A stretch of DNA of 62,170 bases from Pseudobacteriovorax sp. Lineage in GTDB: Bacteria; Bdellovibrionota_B; Oligoflexia; Oligoflexales; Oligoflexaceae. The notes below the pieces were generated by a model. It saw only the letters and a program-made list of their open reading frames with translations, was not told where the DNA came from and did no database searches. This document shows, one piece after another, positions 19,352 through 31,567 of this stretch (its first letter is position 1; every line of letters starts with the position of its first letter). Made by a program: the position numbers and the translations under genes. The stretch is from assembly GCA_050293845.1 (NCBI GenBank), contig JBNKNM010000014.1, positions 1-62,170 of the forward strand, in the 5' to 3' direction.

Positions 19352-20785
19352 TTACTTGATCATATTGTTGAGCAAAGATTTAAGCTCGTCCTCTTGGTAG
19401 CGAATAAATATAGTCTTACATCGTTCTACATTCCAAAGACCCGGTGGCATTCCTTTTTGCTTTTTGATTTCCGATCTGCGGGCCACATAGATCTCTCCAG
19501 CGAGGTCGCTCTTATACTTCGAATAATGAATCGCCAGGATCGCGCCAGCGCGTAAGAGATCTTCCGGTATGCTCGCTTTAATATCCTTGCTAGCGGGGAT
19601 AATCACGTGACTACCGGCGGTACCTGCGGTATGCAGCCAGTAGTCATTGGCTTTGGCACTTTTAGTAAGCTCGTCATTTTCACGGGGGCCTTTACCCACT
19701 AAAATACGGTGTCCGGAGGTGCTCAGAAACTCCTTGAACGGCTTGGCAACTATAGCTGGGGCGCTATTTGATGAACTTTGCTGGGATACTATTTTGTACT
19801 TGTTTTCAAGAAAGCGAATGTCTTGCTCGGGGCACAGGGTCTCAAGGGAAGCCATGTCTTGTTTCAGTTGGTCAATGTCGCGCTGATTGTCGGCAATAAT
19901 TTTTAGACCCATGGCGCGGGATTTTTTAAGCTTTTTAGCTTTAATAAAGTAAGATTCTATGTTCGATCCGAGGTTTTTCTCAGGATCTAGAGCGATGCTT
20001 ATGGGAAGCTCCTGACCGCTATATTCCGGACTTAACGTCAGCTCAAAATCACCAGGATTAACCATATAGGCGAACGACTGCAGCAGATGAGCTTGGGTCT
20101 CAAGTTGTTGAATACCCTCTGCAGAAGGGAGCTTTACCTGCTGTTTTTCCAGAGATTTCTGAAATAACTTTAGCTTGCGCCGTAATTTTTGTTGCAATAA
20201 GCGCTGCTCCTTCGGAAGTAAGGAATCGGAAGCTTGGTCTTGGGAATCAAGATCGGAAGATGCGCTGAGCTCGTTTCCTGGCAAGGTGTTAAGGAAGCCT
20301 TCAATCAGGCTTTCCTTAATGGATAGGAAGCTATCTTGCACCTGTTGGTAACTAGGATCGGCAGACTGCTTTTTCGTAAAAGTGCCTTTTGTACCCCAGC
20401 GCATAATGATGGTATTGGTCGGATCTATCAGCGCTAGCTCAGGGGGGCGGCTTTTAGCTAGCCGCAGCCAGAAAGTTTGCCCCTGGGAATATAGGGTCAG
20501 CCACAGGTCTCCATTGCTATCATTTTTTTGTATAGCTGAAATGGTCGCGCCACGGCAGTGCTTGCGGATGGCGTTGACCATACCGCCTGTGGGCGCTAGA
20601 TTGCTGGGCTTTTCCAGTTCCAGCCGCACTCCAAAAGATGTCTGACGGATATCTAAGACAAGATAGAATTTTTTGACACCAGTAGTTTTATACGGCAAAC
20701 CAGAAAAACTGGCTTGGAAAATATAAATAGGCTCTTTACCTTGCCAGCTCTTTACCGTTCTGATTTTTATATGGGATAGTTTCAA
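19352..20785 (-). CDS. NFACT family protein (RqcH/FbpA-like) with an NFACT-R domain
   Basis: Coiled coils, I.LDP.K....N...YF.KAKK, and ILVGKGPRENDELT...DYWLH...GSHVII. Confidence 0.85.
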   Translation of the reverse strand: MKLSHIKIRTVKSWQGKEPIYIFQASFSGLPYKTTGVKKFYLVLDIRQTSFGVRLELEKPSNLAPTGGMVNAIRKHCRGATISAIQKNDSNGDLWLTLYSQGQTFWLRLAKSRPPELALIDPTNTIIMRWGTKGTFTKKQSADPSYQQVQDSFLSIKESLIEGFLNTLPGNELSASSDLDSQDQASDSLLPKEQRLLQQKLRRKLKLFQKSLEKQQVKLPSAEGIQQLETQAHLLQSFAYMVNPGDFELTLSPEYSGQELPISIALDPEKNLGSNIESYFIKAKKLKKSRAMGLKIIADNQRDIDQLKQDMASLETLCPEQDIRFLENKYKIVSQQSSSNSAPAIVAKPFKEFLSTSGHRILVGKGPRENDELTKSAKANDYWLHTAGTAGSHVIIPASKDIKASIPEDLLRAGAILAIHYSKYKSDLAGEIYVARRSEIKKQKGMPPGLWNVERCKTIFIRYQEDELKSLLNNMIK

Positions 20786-21581
20786 CTTTGTCTCCAGATT
20801 CTGGGTTTGCAGACTTTTCTATGATAGGGCGACCGAAATCGCCGGTAGCTAAAGCTGCTTTGCGGAGCGTTTCGGTAATATAACCTTGCTGATACATCAT
20901 TTCAATGATGTGTCGGTAGCGCTGGTGTCCAAAATCCGTTAGCGATTTTTTGCGCAAACCACTTGACCAATTGTTAGGACTAGGAATGACTAATGCTAGG
21001 TTGGCGCTTTGCTGAATGGTCAGCAGCTCGGGAGATGTATCATAGTAGTGCTCCGCAGCCTCTTTAACACCAAATACACCGTCACCAAACTCCACAAGGT
21101 TTAAATACCATTCTAGAATTTTATCCTTCTCCAGCAAGGCCTCCAGCAGTAAAGCGCCGATGAGTTCGCGAAATTTACGAATGATGGTTTTCTCTGGATT
21201 GAGAAAAGCCATCTTTACCACTTGTTGGGAAATGGTGGAAGCTCCGCGTACATAGCGCCCATGTTTAAGGTTTAGCTTTATACTGTTAATAATTTCGATG
21301 GTATCGATACCCCAATGCTGATAAAAACGGGCGTCTTCAGAGACGATAACAGCATTGATGAAATGGTAGGATACTTTTTCGATCTCAACCCAATGATTCT
21401 TTTCTTTGGGGCCCAATGTGAATAAAGTCTCTCCTTCTTTAGGCCAACGGGTGACGACTATCGGCCCATTCATCAACTGCCAAACAGGAGGCAGCATCAG
21501 GAAAAACAGCAAAGCCGTACTAGCAACGATGCTAATAAGGATAGATTGTCTTTTACTCAGTCTAATCCTATTCCAACTCAA
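20736..21581 (-). CDS. mtgA: Monofunctional peptidoglycan transglycosylase
   Basis: N-terminal TM; SEDARFYQHWG, GASTISQQVVK, RKFRE and ILEWYLN motifs. Confidence 0.88.
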   Translation of the reverse strand: MSWNRIRLSKRQSILISIVASTALLFFLMLPPVWQLMNGPIVVTRWPKEGETLFTLGPKEKNHWVEIEKVSYHFINAVIVSEDARFYQHWGIDTIEIINSIKLNLKHGRYVRGASTISQQVVKMAFLNPEKTIIRKFRELIGALLLEALLEKDKILEWYLNLVEFGDGVFGVKEAAEHYYDTSPELLTIQQSANLALVIPSPNNWSSGLRKKSLTDFGHQRYRHIIEMMYQQGYITETLRKAALATGDFGRPIIEKSANPESGDKVETIPYKNQNGKELAR

Positions 21582-21600
21582 TAGTCAGGACCACCCATAG

Positions 21601-24600
21601 TTAGAAGGTCATTCGTACCTGCTCGTTTTGTAATTTTTGCAATGACTGGTAAAAGCCATCGTTTAGGTCAACTTTTCTATGGGGTGCACTAATCTTCACC
21701 CGAGACTTTCCATACAGCAGGTTTAGCTTAATTGGTGTTGCGCCAGGGTTTTCCCTGAGAAGCTGCGAGACTTTTTTAAGTATATCGATCTTTGCGGCAA
21801 TTTCAGCTTGGTCGTTGGTATTTTTTGTATCGCAAATGCGAATATCGATTTCCGCTTTTTTTATAAGTTCCCGACGAACATCTTCCAAGGGGGCAAGGTG
21901 TTCGATTTTAAGGCTAATGGAGGTTCCATCATAGCTTTTGGAAATACTGGCTTTAGCCACAACCAGAGTGCTGGCGGCAGGGAACTCATCGGGAATGTCC
22001 TTTTCGAACATGACACCTTCCCAAGATCCGGTATCGTCCTCAAGCTGAATGTAGGCCATTTTCTTGTTATTCTTGGTAAAACGCTCAGAAATCCCTGTCA
22101 GGAAAGCCACCATACTGAGTTCTTTTTTGCCGACAAACTTGGGAATATCTTTTACTTTTACCTGTCCAAAGCGCTTGGCATCTTGTTGAAACAGATTAAT
22201 GGGATGGTCACTTAAAAAGACACCCAGATTTTTCTTTTCCCGGAGCAACCACTCTAAATGACTAATCTGTTTGTTGTTACGTCGTATCGTGGCTTCAAAC
22301 TGGGCCACGTCCAGCATGTTGTCTTCGACGTCATCATCGGCAAAAAGCAGAACCTGACCCGTTGATTGATTGCTGTGGTGACTTTCAGAAAACTTGACCA
22401 TCTCAGGGATGGCCTCGGTGATAGCATCGCGGGAAGCGCCAAAGGAGTCGAAGGCCCCCGCTTGCACCAGCAGTTCGAGGGTTTTTTTACCAACCCTCTG
22501 GAGGTTTACCCTTTTGGCCAAATCGGTTAGTGACGAGAAGTGACCGCTATTTTCCCGCTCCTTGATAATGGCTTCTATGGAGCTGCCTCCAATTCCTTTA
22601 ATAGCGGCTAAGCCATATCCGACACTGCGGGGACCAGGAACATCAAACTCAAGCTTGCTGCGATTAATATCAGGAGGGTAAATCTGAAATCCCATCCTTT
22701 TGCATTCGGCGATATAACGAATAATTTTATCGGTATTATCCAAATCGCAGGTCATGATTGCAGCCATAAACTCTTCAGGGAAGTAGGTTTTAAGGAAGGC
22801 TGTCTGATAACTTACTAATCCATAAGCGGCGGAATGGGATTTATTAAATCCATAAGCGGCGAATTTCGCCATCAGCTCGAATAGCTCCTCAGCGATGTCC
22901 TCATCGACATTATTGTTACGACATCCCGAGATAAAACGCACCTTTTGCTTGGCCATCTCTTCCGGTTTCTTTTTACCCATGGCGCGACGTAGTAAATCGG
23001 CTTCGCCAAGGGAGTAAGAGGCAAGGCTGGCAGCAATTTTTTGTACCTGCTCCTGATAAAGAATGATACCGTAAGTGTCATTGAGGATTGTTTCCAGGCT
23101 GGGGTGAAGGTATTCAATTTCTTGACGTCCATGCTTGCGCTCAATAAAGTCGTCGACCATGCCCGAACCTAAAGGGCCGGGACGGAACAGGGCGACGACA
23201 GCGATGACATCCTCGAACCGAGATGGCTTCAACTTGCTGAGAAGGGCTTGCATTCCAGAACTTTCTAACTGGAATATCCCAATGGATGCTGCTGAAGAAA
23301 TTAAATCGTAAACAGGCTTTGATTCAATGTCAATGGATTCGATATTGAATTCAGGGTCTTTTGAAGCTCTGATCAGCTTAACGGCTTTTTGGATCACGGT
23401 CAGAGTTTTCAAACCTAGAAAATCAAACTTAACGAGGCCGACCTTTTCAGCATTTTTCATTTCATACTGAGTGATCAAAGAACCATCTTCTAATTTGTAG
23501 ACGGGAACATAATTTTCCATTCCTCCCTCGGAAATGACAACACCAGCAGCGTGAACTGAGGTGTGACGACTCATTCCTTCCACTTTAAGGGCAAGGTGGA
23601 CCATTTGCTCGATGAGCTCATCTCTTTTGGCTTCTTCTAAAATGCGGGGTTCACGTTCCAGCGCATCCTGTAGCTTGATATCAAGTTCATTGGGTATAAG
23701 CTTGGCGATACGGTCGACGCGACCATAGCCCAGTTCCAGAACCCGCCCCACATCGCGCAGGGCTGCCTTCGCCTTCATTTTTCCAAAAGTGGTAATCTGG
23801 GCCACGTTATCGGCACCATATTTACTTGTTACATAGTCGATCACCTCATCGCGTCGCTCTTGGCAAAAATCGACATCGAAATCAGGCATCGAGACCCTTT
23901 CGGGATTTAAGAAGCGTTCAAAGATGAGGTTGAATTTGAGCGGGTCGAGATCGGTAATTTTGAGGGCATAAGCGACCAGGGAACCGGCGCCTGATCCCCT
24001 ACCGGGGCCAACAGGAATATCGTTATTCTTAGCCCAGTTGATGAAGTCCTGGACAATGAGAAAATACCCGGGAAAACCCATTTTTGTGATGATGCCGGTT
24101 TCGTAGTCCAAGCGCTCCCAGTATACCTTTTCTTGCTCTGGACCAAATTCCTTACCATACATGGGACGTAAGTGATCCAAGCGCTCAGCGAGGCCTTCTT
24201 TTGCAAACCTGATCAAGGCATCATCTATGCTTTCGTCATCTTCCAATTCAAATTTTGGGAGAAAGTATTGACCAAAATCAAATTCCAGATGGCACTGATC
24301 GGCAATGGTAGCTATGTTGTCCAAGGATGCCGGCCATTGTTCATACTTGGCAAGCATTTCCTCATTTGAAAAAAGATGAAAGTGAGCGGTCCTATTGCGA
24401 TTGGCAAGGTTGGATATTTTAAGGTCGTTCTTAACTGCGGTTAAAACTGCATGGGCTTCGGCGTCATCCGGGGTAAGATAATGGCTGTCGCAGGTGGCCA
24501 CTAAAGGGAGGTCAAAGTGATAGGCACAGGCGACCAGAAACGGTAGCAGTTTCTTCTGTGCTGGGAGTTCATTATCGATAAGTTCAATATAGTAATTGCC

Positions 24601-25209
24601 CTGACCCACAGCAGATTCCATAAATGTAACATGTTCCTGTAGAGCTGCTATAATATCTTGGGTTTCGGGGCTTGGCGTTTTCAAACAGGCTATAGGATCT
24701 TTGCTATGCTGTACCAGTGTGGCGACCAAACTGGCAAACTCGCCCTGCAGGCAGCTTGAAAGGGCGATGATTTGGTCACCGTTTTTCTGTAAGGCCGATG
24801 CTGGAGCTATGGGCACCTCACTGGCTTGCTGGCCCTGGAGGTAACCGGACGAAACTAAGCGGCAGAGATTGCGGTAACCTTCAAGGTTTTTACCAAGAAT
24901 CACCAGATGATAGGCACTGGATTTTTGCCCGTCCTGGCCTAGCACTTTCTGGCTTGTAGGAACCCCTTCCCAGTAGATTTCGGCTCCCAGAATCGGTTTT
25001 ATACCGGCATCTTTGCACTTCAAATAAAATTCAATGGCGCCAAACATGTTCCCATGATCCGTTAGGGCTAGGGCCTCGTGGCCCTGCTCCTTAACTTTTT
25101 TGATCAGGTCTGAAATGCGGTTGGCACCGTCTAAAAGCGAGTATTCTGAATGAACATGGAGATGGGCTAGGCGTCTTGGATTTAGATTATTTTCATTTTC
25201 ATGTGTCAT
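21601..25209 (-). CDS. dnaE: DNA polymerase III alpha subunit
   Basis: PHP HLHVHSEYSLLDG, GRGSGAGS, MPDFDVDF, KFDFLGL and FNKSHS motifs. No intein-sized insertion. Confidence 0.98.
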   Translation of the reverse strand: MTHENENNLNPRRLAHLHVHSEYSLLDGANRISDLIKKVKEQGHEALALTDHGNMFGAIEFYLKCKDAGIKPILGAEIYWEGVPTSQKVLGQDGQKSSAYHLVILGKNLEGYRNLCRLVSSGYLQGQQASEVPIAPASALQKNGDQIIALSSCLQGEFASLVATLVQHSKDPIACLKTPSPETQDIIAALQEHVTFMESAVGQGNYYIELIDNELPAQKKLLPFLVACAYHFDLPLVATCDSHYLTPDDAEAHAVLTAVKNDLKISNLANRNRTAHFHLFSNEEMLAKYEQWPASLDNIATIADQCHLEFDFGQYFLPKFELEDDESIDDALIRFAKEGLAERLDHLRPMYGKEFGPEQEKVYWERLDYETGIITKMGFPGYFLIVQDFINWAKNNDIPVGPGRGSGAGSLVAYALKITDLDPLKFNLIFERFLNPERVSMPDFDVDFCQERRDEVIDYVTSKYGADNVAQITTFGKMKAKAALRDVGRVLELGYGRVDRIAKLIPNELDIKLQDALEREPRILEEAKRDELIEQMVHLALKVEGMSRHTSVHAAGVVISEGGMENYVPVYKLEDGSLITQYEMKNAEKVGLVKFDFLGLKTLTVIQKAVKLIRASKDPEFNIESIDIESKPVYDLISSAASIGIFQLESSGMQALLSKLKPSRFEDVIAVVALFRPGPLGSGMVDDFIERKHGRQEIEYLHPSLETILNDTYGIILYQEQVQKIAASLASYSLGEADLLRRAMGKKKPEEMAKQKVRFISGCRNNNVDEDIAEELFELMAKFAAYGFNKSHSAAYGLVSYQTAFLKTYFPEEFMAAIMTCDLDNTDKIIRYIAECKRMGFQIYPPDINRSKLEFDVPGPRSVGYGLAAIKGIGGSSIEAIIKERENSGHFSSLTDLAKRVNLQRVGKKTLELLVQAGAFDSFGASRDAITEAIPEMVKFSESHHSNQSTGQVLLFADDDVEDNMLDVAQFEATIRRNNKQISHLEWLLREKKNLGVFLSDHPINLFQQDAKRFGQVKVKDIPKFVGKKELSMVAFLTGISERFTKNNKKMAYIQLEDDTGSWEGVMFEKDIPDEFPAASTLVVAKASISKSYDGTSISLKIEHLAPLEDVRRELIKKAEIDIRICDTKNTNDQAEIAAKIDILKKVSQLLRENPGATPIKLNLLYGKSRVKISAPHRKVDLNDGFYQSLQKLQNEQVRMTF

Positions 25210-26784
25210 TTATTCCCATTCGATGGTTGCTGGCGGCTTTGTCGTTATGTCATAAACTACCCGGTTAATGCCATCGACCTTTCTTACAATTTCATCTGAT
25301 ACTGTAACTAAAAATTCTACTGGCAAGTCACTGACGCCGGCTGTCATTCCATCTGTAGCTGCTACAGCGCGTAGAGCACAGGTCCACTGATAGGTACGGT
25401 TATCTCCCATTACCCCGACAGTTTTGACTGGTAAGAGCACAGCAAATGCTTGCCAAATACTGTTATACAGACCTTTTTCACGAAGTTTAGCAATAAAAAT
25501 ATGGTCTGCTTCCTGTAGAATCTTTACCTTTTGCTCTTCAATTTCGCCAATAATCCTAACAGCAAGTCCAGGGCCGGGAAACGGATGTCTACCGACTAGC
25601 TCTTCTGGTATACCTAAGCTACGACCAATCAGCCTAACTTCATCTTTAAAAAGGTAGCGAAAGGGTTCCACTAAGTCGAGGTGCAATCTTTCGGGAAGAC
25701 CGCCCACGTTATGGTGGCTCTTTATAACCTTAGATCCTGCTCCATGTCCCGCTGACTCGATAACGTCAGGATAGAGGGTGCCTTGGCCCAGGTGGGTAAA
25801 TACCATGTGAGTTTTGGCGTAGGTTTCGAACTCTTCGATAAACTTACGACCAATGATTTTTCTTTTTTGCTCAGGATCGGAAACCCCTTTGAGGGCCTTA
25901 TAAAATTCTTGGGCTCGTTCTAACACGACTAGGTTTATACCCATAGCATTAATCTTTTCAGTTACCCAGGATGCTTCGTTCTTTCGTAACAGCCCGTGAT
26001 CTACGAATACCGCTGTGACATTGTCATGTCCCAGGGCTTCCGTCATGAGCGCGACGGCTACGGTGGAGTCAACCCCTCCCGAGACAGCCATAAGAACCTT
26101 ACCATCACCTACTGTATCCTTTACGTATTGACGAGTTGCCGCAACGACATCTTTGGGTTGCCAATTCAGGGGTGCATTACAGATAGACTCGGCGAATATT
26201 TCTAGGACTTCTTTGCCGTGATCGGAATGCTGTACCTCTGGATGGAACTGCAAACCAATATAAGGTAGCTCTTTATGGGCAATCGCAGCAACCACACCAT
26301 CGGCTGTTTTACCGATAATGGTGAAGGAGTCGGTTAAATTTTCAACATCATCCCCATGGCTCATCCATACTGTCTGCGAGGTGGGTAGCTTGTTGAGGGC
26401 ATGGGAAGCCCAGCAGCCAGCAGAATAATCGAGAATGAGCTCGGCTTTACCATATTCCCTTTGGTTGCCGCTTCTGACAGTACCACCAAACTCTTTACTT
26501 AGCATTTGCATGCCGTAGCAAATGCCAAGAATCGGCTTCTTACTGGCAAGTATCCATGGGGGAAGATGACGTGATCCATCCTCAATTACCGAGTCAGGTC
26601 CTCCGGAAAGAATGATACCATGAAACTCAAAATCCTCTGGGGGTTGCTCAGCAATGCCGTCAATAATCTCAGCATAAATGCCCACTTCCCGTAGTCTACG
26701 GGCGATCAGAAGGGTATACTGAGAGCCGTAATCTAAAACTAAGATCCCATGGTGCATGGGGCGATTGACAGAATGGTGATGCAT
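25210..26784 (-). CDS. guaA: GMP synthase (glutamine-hydrolyzing)
   Basis: GICYGMQ, QFHPEV, SGGVDS, KSHHNVGGLP and KPPATIEWE motifs. Confidence 0.98.
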   Translation of the reverse strand: MHHHSVNRPMHHGILVLDYGSQYTLLIARRLREVGIYAEIIDGIAEQPPEDFEFHGIILSGGPDSVIEDGSRHLPPWILASKKPILGICYGMQMLSKEFGGTVRSGNQREYGKAELILDYSAGCWASHALNKLPTSQTVWMSHGDDVENLTDSFTIIGKTADGVVAAIAHKELPYIGLQFHPEVQHSDHGKEVLEIFAESICNAPLNWQPKDVVAATRQYVKDTVGDGKVLMAVSGGVDSTVAVALMTEALGHDNVTAVFVDHGLLRKNEASWVTEKINAMGINLVVLERAQEFYKALKGVSDPEQKRKIIGRKFIEEFETYAKTHMVFTHLGQGTLYPDVIESAGHGAGSKVIKSHHNVGGLPERLHLDLVEPFRYLFKDEVRLIGRSLGIPEELVGRHPFPGPGLAVRIIGEIEEQKVKILQEADHIFIAKLREKGLYNSIWQAFAVLLPVKTVGVMGDNRTYQWTCALRAVAATDGMTAGVSDLPVEFLVTVSDEIVRKVDGINRVVYDITTKPPATIEWE

Positions 26785-26807
26785 ATTAAGTCCTCTTTTT
26801 GATACTG

Positions 26808-28310
<1,503 letters not shown>

Positions 28311-28655
28311 TTATCGGAGTATGTTTCCATTTTCTACTGCGTCAAAAGGGTAGATCAATTTAAGGGGGGATAGTACCACTATTGGAGGAGCCTGCCAAGC
28401 TAGTTTTGTAGTTATTTGAATAGAATCACCTGAAAACTTGTTTAATGTTTTTGACCGCAGAAAACTAGAAAACACGACCACCATTGGATCACAATTTGCG
28501 TATGATCTAGGGGCATTTGTTGGTAAGTTCTGCAAAGCCTTTAAGGCTGGCTACTTCCTTTGCATGATGGCCAAGTACTGACTAAGCAGGAATAGCTTAC
28601 TAAAAAATATTACTCAGCAATATTATTACTATAGACGCACGAGGTCATATAAAGT

Positions 28656-30248
28656 ATGTCATCAAAAATTGTTGCCGATGAGATCAAGAAAAGACGGACA
28701 TTCGCCATCATCTCACATCCAGATGCCGGGAAAACCACTATGACAGAAAAGCTATTGCTTTATGGTGGAGCTATTAAAATGGCAGGGAGTGTCAAAGCGA
28801 AACGATCGAAAAAGTTTGCAACCTCCGACTGGATGGAATTGGAAAAGCAGAGAGGGATTTCTGTGACCTCCTCTGTCATGAATTTTCCCTATAGTAAACA
28901 TGAAATGAATCTGATCGATACCCCAGGCCATGAGGACTTTTCTGAGGATACTTACCGCACACTGACAGCTGTAGATAGTGCCTTGATGATCTTAGACTGT
29001 GCTAATGGAGTGGAAACACAGACGAAAAAGCTATTTGAGGTTTGTAGCCTCAGGCATATGCCTATCGTAGCTTTTATCAATAAGATGGATCGAGAGGGAA
29101 AAGATCCTTTCGACCTCCTCGAGGAAATTGAAAATACCCTGGGGATCGCTGTTAGTCCTGTGACCTGGCCCATTGGTATGGGGGAGCGGTTTCGGGGGGT
29201 GTACCACCGTATTGAGAAAAAATTGTTGATCTATGAAAAAAATGCCGAGCGGTCGCGTCCGGTTCCCATAAAAGATCTCAGTGTTAATAGCCCTGAACTC
29301 ATGGAAGAACTGGGAGAGGAGCTAGCAGAAACTTTGCTGGCAGAACTGGAGTTACTGGATGGGGCTGGTGACCAGCTCGATCTGGATCGTTATCGCAAAG
29401 GAGAGCTAGCTCCTGTCTTTTTCGGTTCCGCGCTCAATAACTTTGGTGTTGAGCCCTTGCTCAATGGCTTGGTCGCATTTGCTCCTGCCCCCTTACCAAG
29501 GGAAGCTACCGAGCGTGTGGTCGATCCCTTCGAATCAAAGTTTTCAGCGTTCATTTTTAAGATCCAGGCAAATATGGACCCTGCACACCGGGATCGAGTG
29601 GCCTTTATGAGGATCTGCTCGGGCAAGTTTGAGCGTGGTATGAAAGCACATATAGTACGCCTAGGAAAAGAGCAACGCTTGGGTCGTCCGACACAGTTTA
29701 TGTCGCAAGATCGCAGTTTAGTGGATGAGGCTTTCGCGGGGGATATTGTGGGCATTCATGATCCTGGAGTTTTCAAAATTGGCGATACCCTATCTGAAGG
29801 GGAAAAACTACACTTCACCGGGGTACCGATTTTTGCTCCGGAACATTTCGTCCGGGTGATGCTGAAAGACCCTCTAAAATCCAAGCAGCTTAATAAGGCT
29901 TTGGACCAACTTTCTGAAGAAGGTGCTGTTCAAGTCTTCCGACCTATCAACAATAATGATCAGATCTTGGGTGTGGTCGGGGTTCTCCAATTTGATGTGG
30001 TGCAGTATCGGATACTTCATGAATATGGTGTGCAGGTAACATTTTCGCGCTTAGCACACAGTGCAGCCCGCTGGATATTCAGTGCTGATCAGGATTCCTT
30101 GGATGAGTTTGTACGCGCACAAAGTCACCTTATTTGCCTCGATCAACATGGGGACAAAGCTATTCTGCTAGACGATCTATGGCGTCTTAATTTTCTCAAG
30201 GAGCGGTTCCCCAAAATTGAGTATCAATCTACCTCTGAGAAAATATAG
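28656..30248 (+). CDS. prfC: Peptide chain release factor 3
   Basis: RRTFAIISHPDAGKTT, DTPGHEDFSEDTYR and KIQANMDPAHRDR motifs. Confidence 0.98.
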   Translation: MSSKIVADEIKKRRTFAIISHPDAGKTTMTEKLLLYGGAIKMAGSVKAKRSKKFATSDWMELEKQRGISVTSSVMNFPYSKHEMNLIDTPGHEDFSEDTYRTLTAVDSALMILDCANGVETQTKKLFEVCSLRHMPIVAFINKMDREGKDPFDLLEEIENTLGIAVSPVTWPIGMGERFRGVYHRIEKKLLIYEKNAERSRPVPIKDLSVNSPELMEELGEELAETLLAELELLDGAGDQLDLDRYRKGELAPVFFGSALNNFGVEPLLNGLVAFAPAPLPREATERVVDPFESKFSAFIFKIQANMDPAHRDRVAFMRICSGKFERGMKAHIVRLGKEQRLGRPTQFMSQDRSLVDEAFAGDIVGIHDPGVFKIGDTLSEGEKLHFTGVPIFAPEHFVRVMLKDPLKSKQLNKALDQLSEEGAVQVFRPINNNDQILGVVGVLQFDVVQYRILHEYGVQVTFSRLAHSAARWIFSADQDSLDEFVRAQSHLICLDQHGDKAILLDDLWRLNFLKERFPKIEYQSTSEKI

Positions 30249-30259
30249 AGGCTTAGACT

Positions 30260-31552
30260 ATGGATCATATTCTTGTATGTGGAACATTGCTACAAGCTTT
30301 GGAGCACCATGGGGAACCAAAGCTAGAGCTTAAGGAAAATGCCGCTCTATTAATCAATAGTGCCGGCATCATCGCTGAAATCGGTATGAAGGAAGAGCTC
30401 ATCAGCAAAGCGCAGCAAGTTTTCGATTACGGAGCTGCCCTCATCATGCCAGGCTTTATTGATACCCATGTCCATTTTCCCCAGATTGATCTCATTGGGG
30501 CTTACTCGGGCGCGCTTATTGAATGGCTCGATGAGCATACTTTTCCCCACGAAATGCAATTTAACGAAGATCTGACCCTGGCGACAAAGGCAGCACAGAG
30601 ATTTTGCGAGGAACTTTATGCCAATGGTACAACCTTAGCTGGTGTATTTGCCTGTTCTAAGGAAGAGGCCAGCAACGCGTTATTTGAAGCGTTTGCCAGG
30701 ACAGGGGGGCGGCTGATTTCAGGGAAGATCAGCATGAACCAAAATGGGCCGAAAGCCTTGCTGGATCAGCTGGATAGTGATCTCGAGTCTTCTCACCGCC
30801 TTGCTCTGAAGTGGCATGGATGGGAGGGTCGTATCAGCTATGCTTTTAGTCCGCGATTTGTTCCCAGTTGCACTCCAGACATGCTAGCCGAAATTGCTAA
30901 ACTGCGTTTGCGGCACCCCGGTACCTACATGCAAACCCATTATGCAGAAAATCTTGAGGAATTGAACTGGGTCAAAAGCCTTTTTCCAAAAGCCCAAGAC
31001 TATCTCGCTGTTTATGAATCCTTTGGCCTTATCGACTCGCGGGCGATTCTAGCCCATTCTATTCATACCAGCTCGTTTGAAAAAGAACGGTTGGCAGCAA
31101 ATCAGGTGACTATTGCCCATTGTCCCAGTTCGAATCTGTTCCTAGGTAGTGGTCTGTTTAGTTGGTCCGAGCACCGGGGAGCGGGTATAAATGTCACTTT
31201 AGGCACCGATGTTGGAGCAGGCACCAGCTTTTCCATGTGGCAAACTATGGCAGAGGGTATCAAGATTAGTAAGTTGCGCGACCAGCAAATTCTTCCTGAT
31301 GAGATGATCTATGGAGCGACCCTTGGTGCTGCAAAATCATTGGGTTTAGGGGACCGAATCGGTTCTCTGGAGATAGGCAAGCTTGCCGATTTGCAAATTA
31401 TTGATCCCCATCGCAAGGACCTACTCGCCCACCGTTTGCGGTATTGTGAGTCGCCCCGGCAGATGGCTAGTGCCCTGATCTTCTTAGCGGACGATCGAAA
31501 TCACCTAGCGACCTGGGTGCAGGGTCGGCAAGTTTGGAGCCGTTCCTCCTAG
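30260..31552 (+). CDS. guaD: Guanine deaminase (amidohydrolase)
   Basis: PGFIDTHVHFPQ, SPRFVPSC, QTHYAEN, HCPSSNLFLGSG and GTDVGAG motifs. Confidence 0.9.
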   Translation: MDHILVCGTLLQALEHHGEPKLELKENAALLINSAGIIAEIGMKEELISKAQQVFDYGAALIMPGFIDTHVHFPQIDLIGAYSGALIEWLDEHTFPHEMQFNEDLTLATKAAQRFCEELYANGTTLAGVFACSKEEASNALFEAFARTGGRLISGKISMNQNGPKALLDQLDSDLESSHRLALKWHGWEGRISYAFSPRFVPSCTPDMLAEIAKLRLRHPGTYMQTHYAENLEELNWVKSLFPKAQDYLAVYESFGLIDSRAILAHSIHTSSFEKERLAANQVTIAHCPSSNLFLGSGLFSWSEHRGAGINVTLGTDVGAGTSFSMWQTMAEGIKISKLRDQQILPDEMIYGATLGAAKSLGLGDRIGSLEIGKLADLQIIDPHRKDLLAHRLRYCESPRQMASALIFLADDRNHLATWVQGRQVWSRSS

Positions 31553-31567
31553 CAAGCGATGAATTCC

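Noticed and set aside
21601..25209. Intein or split in DnaE
   Set aside because: Length and motif spacing are normal, and no intein termini were seen.
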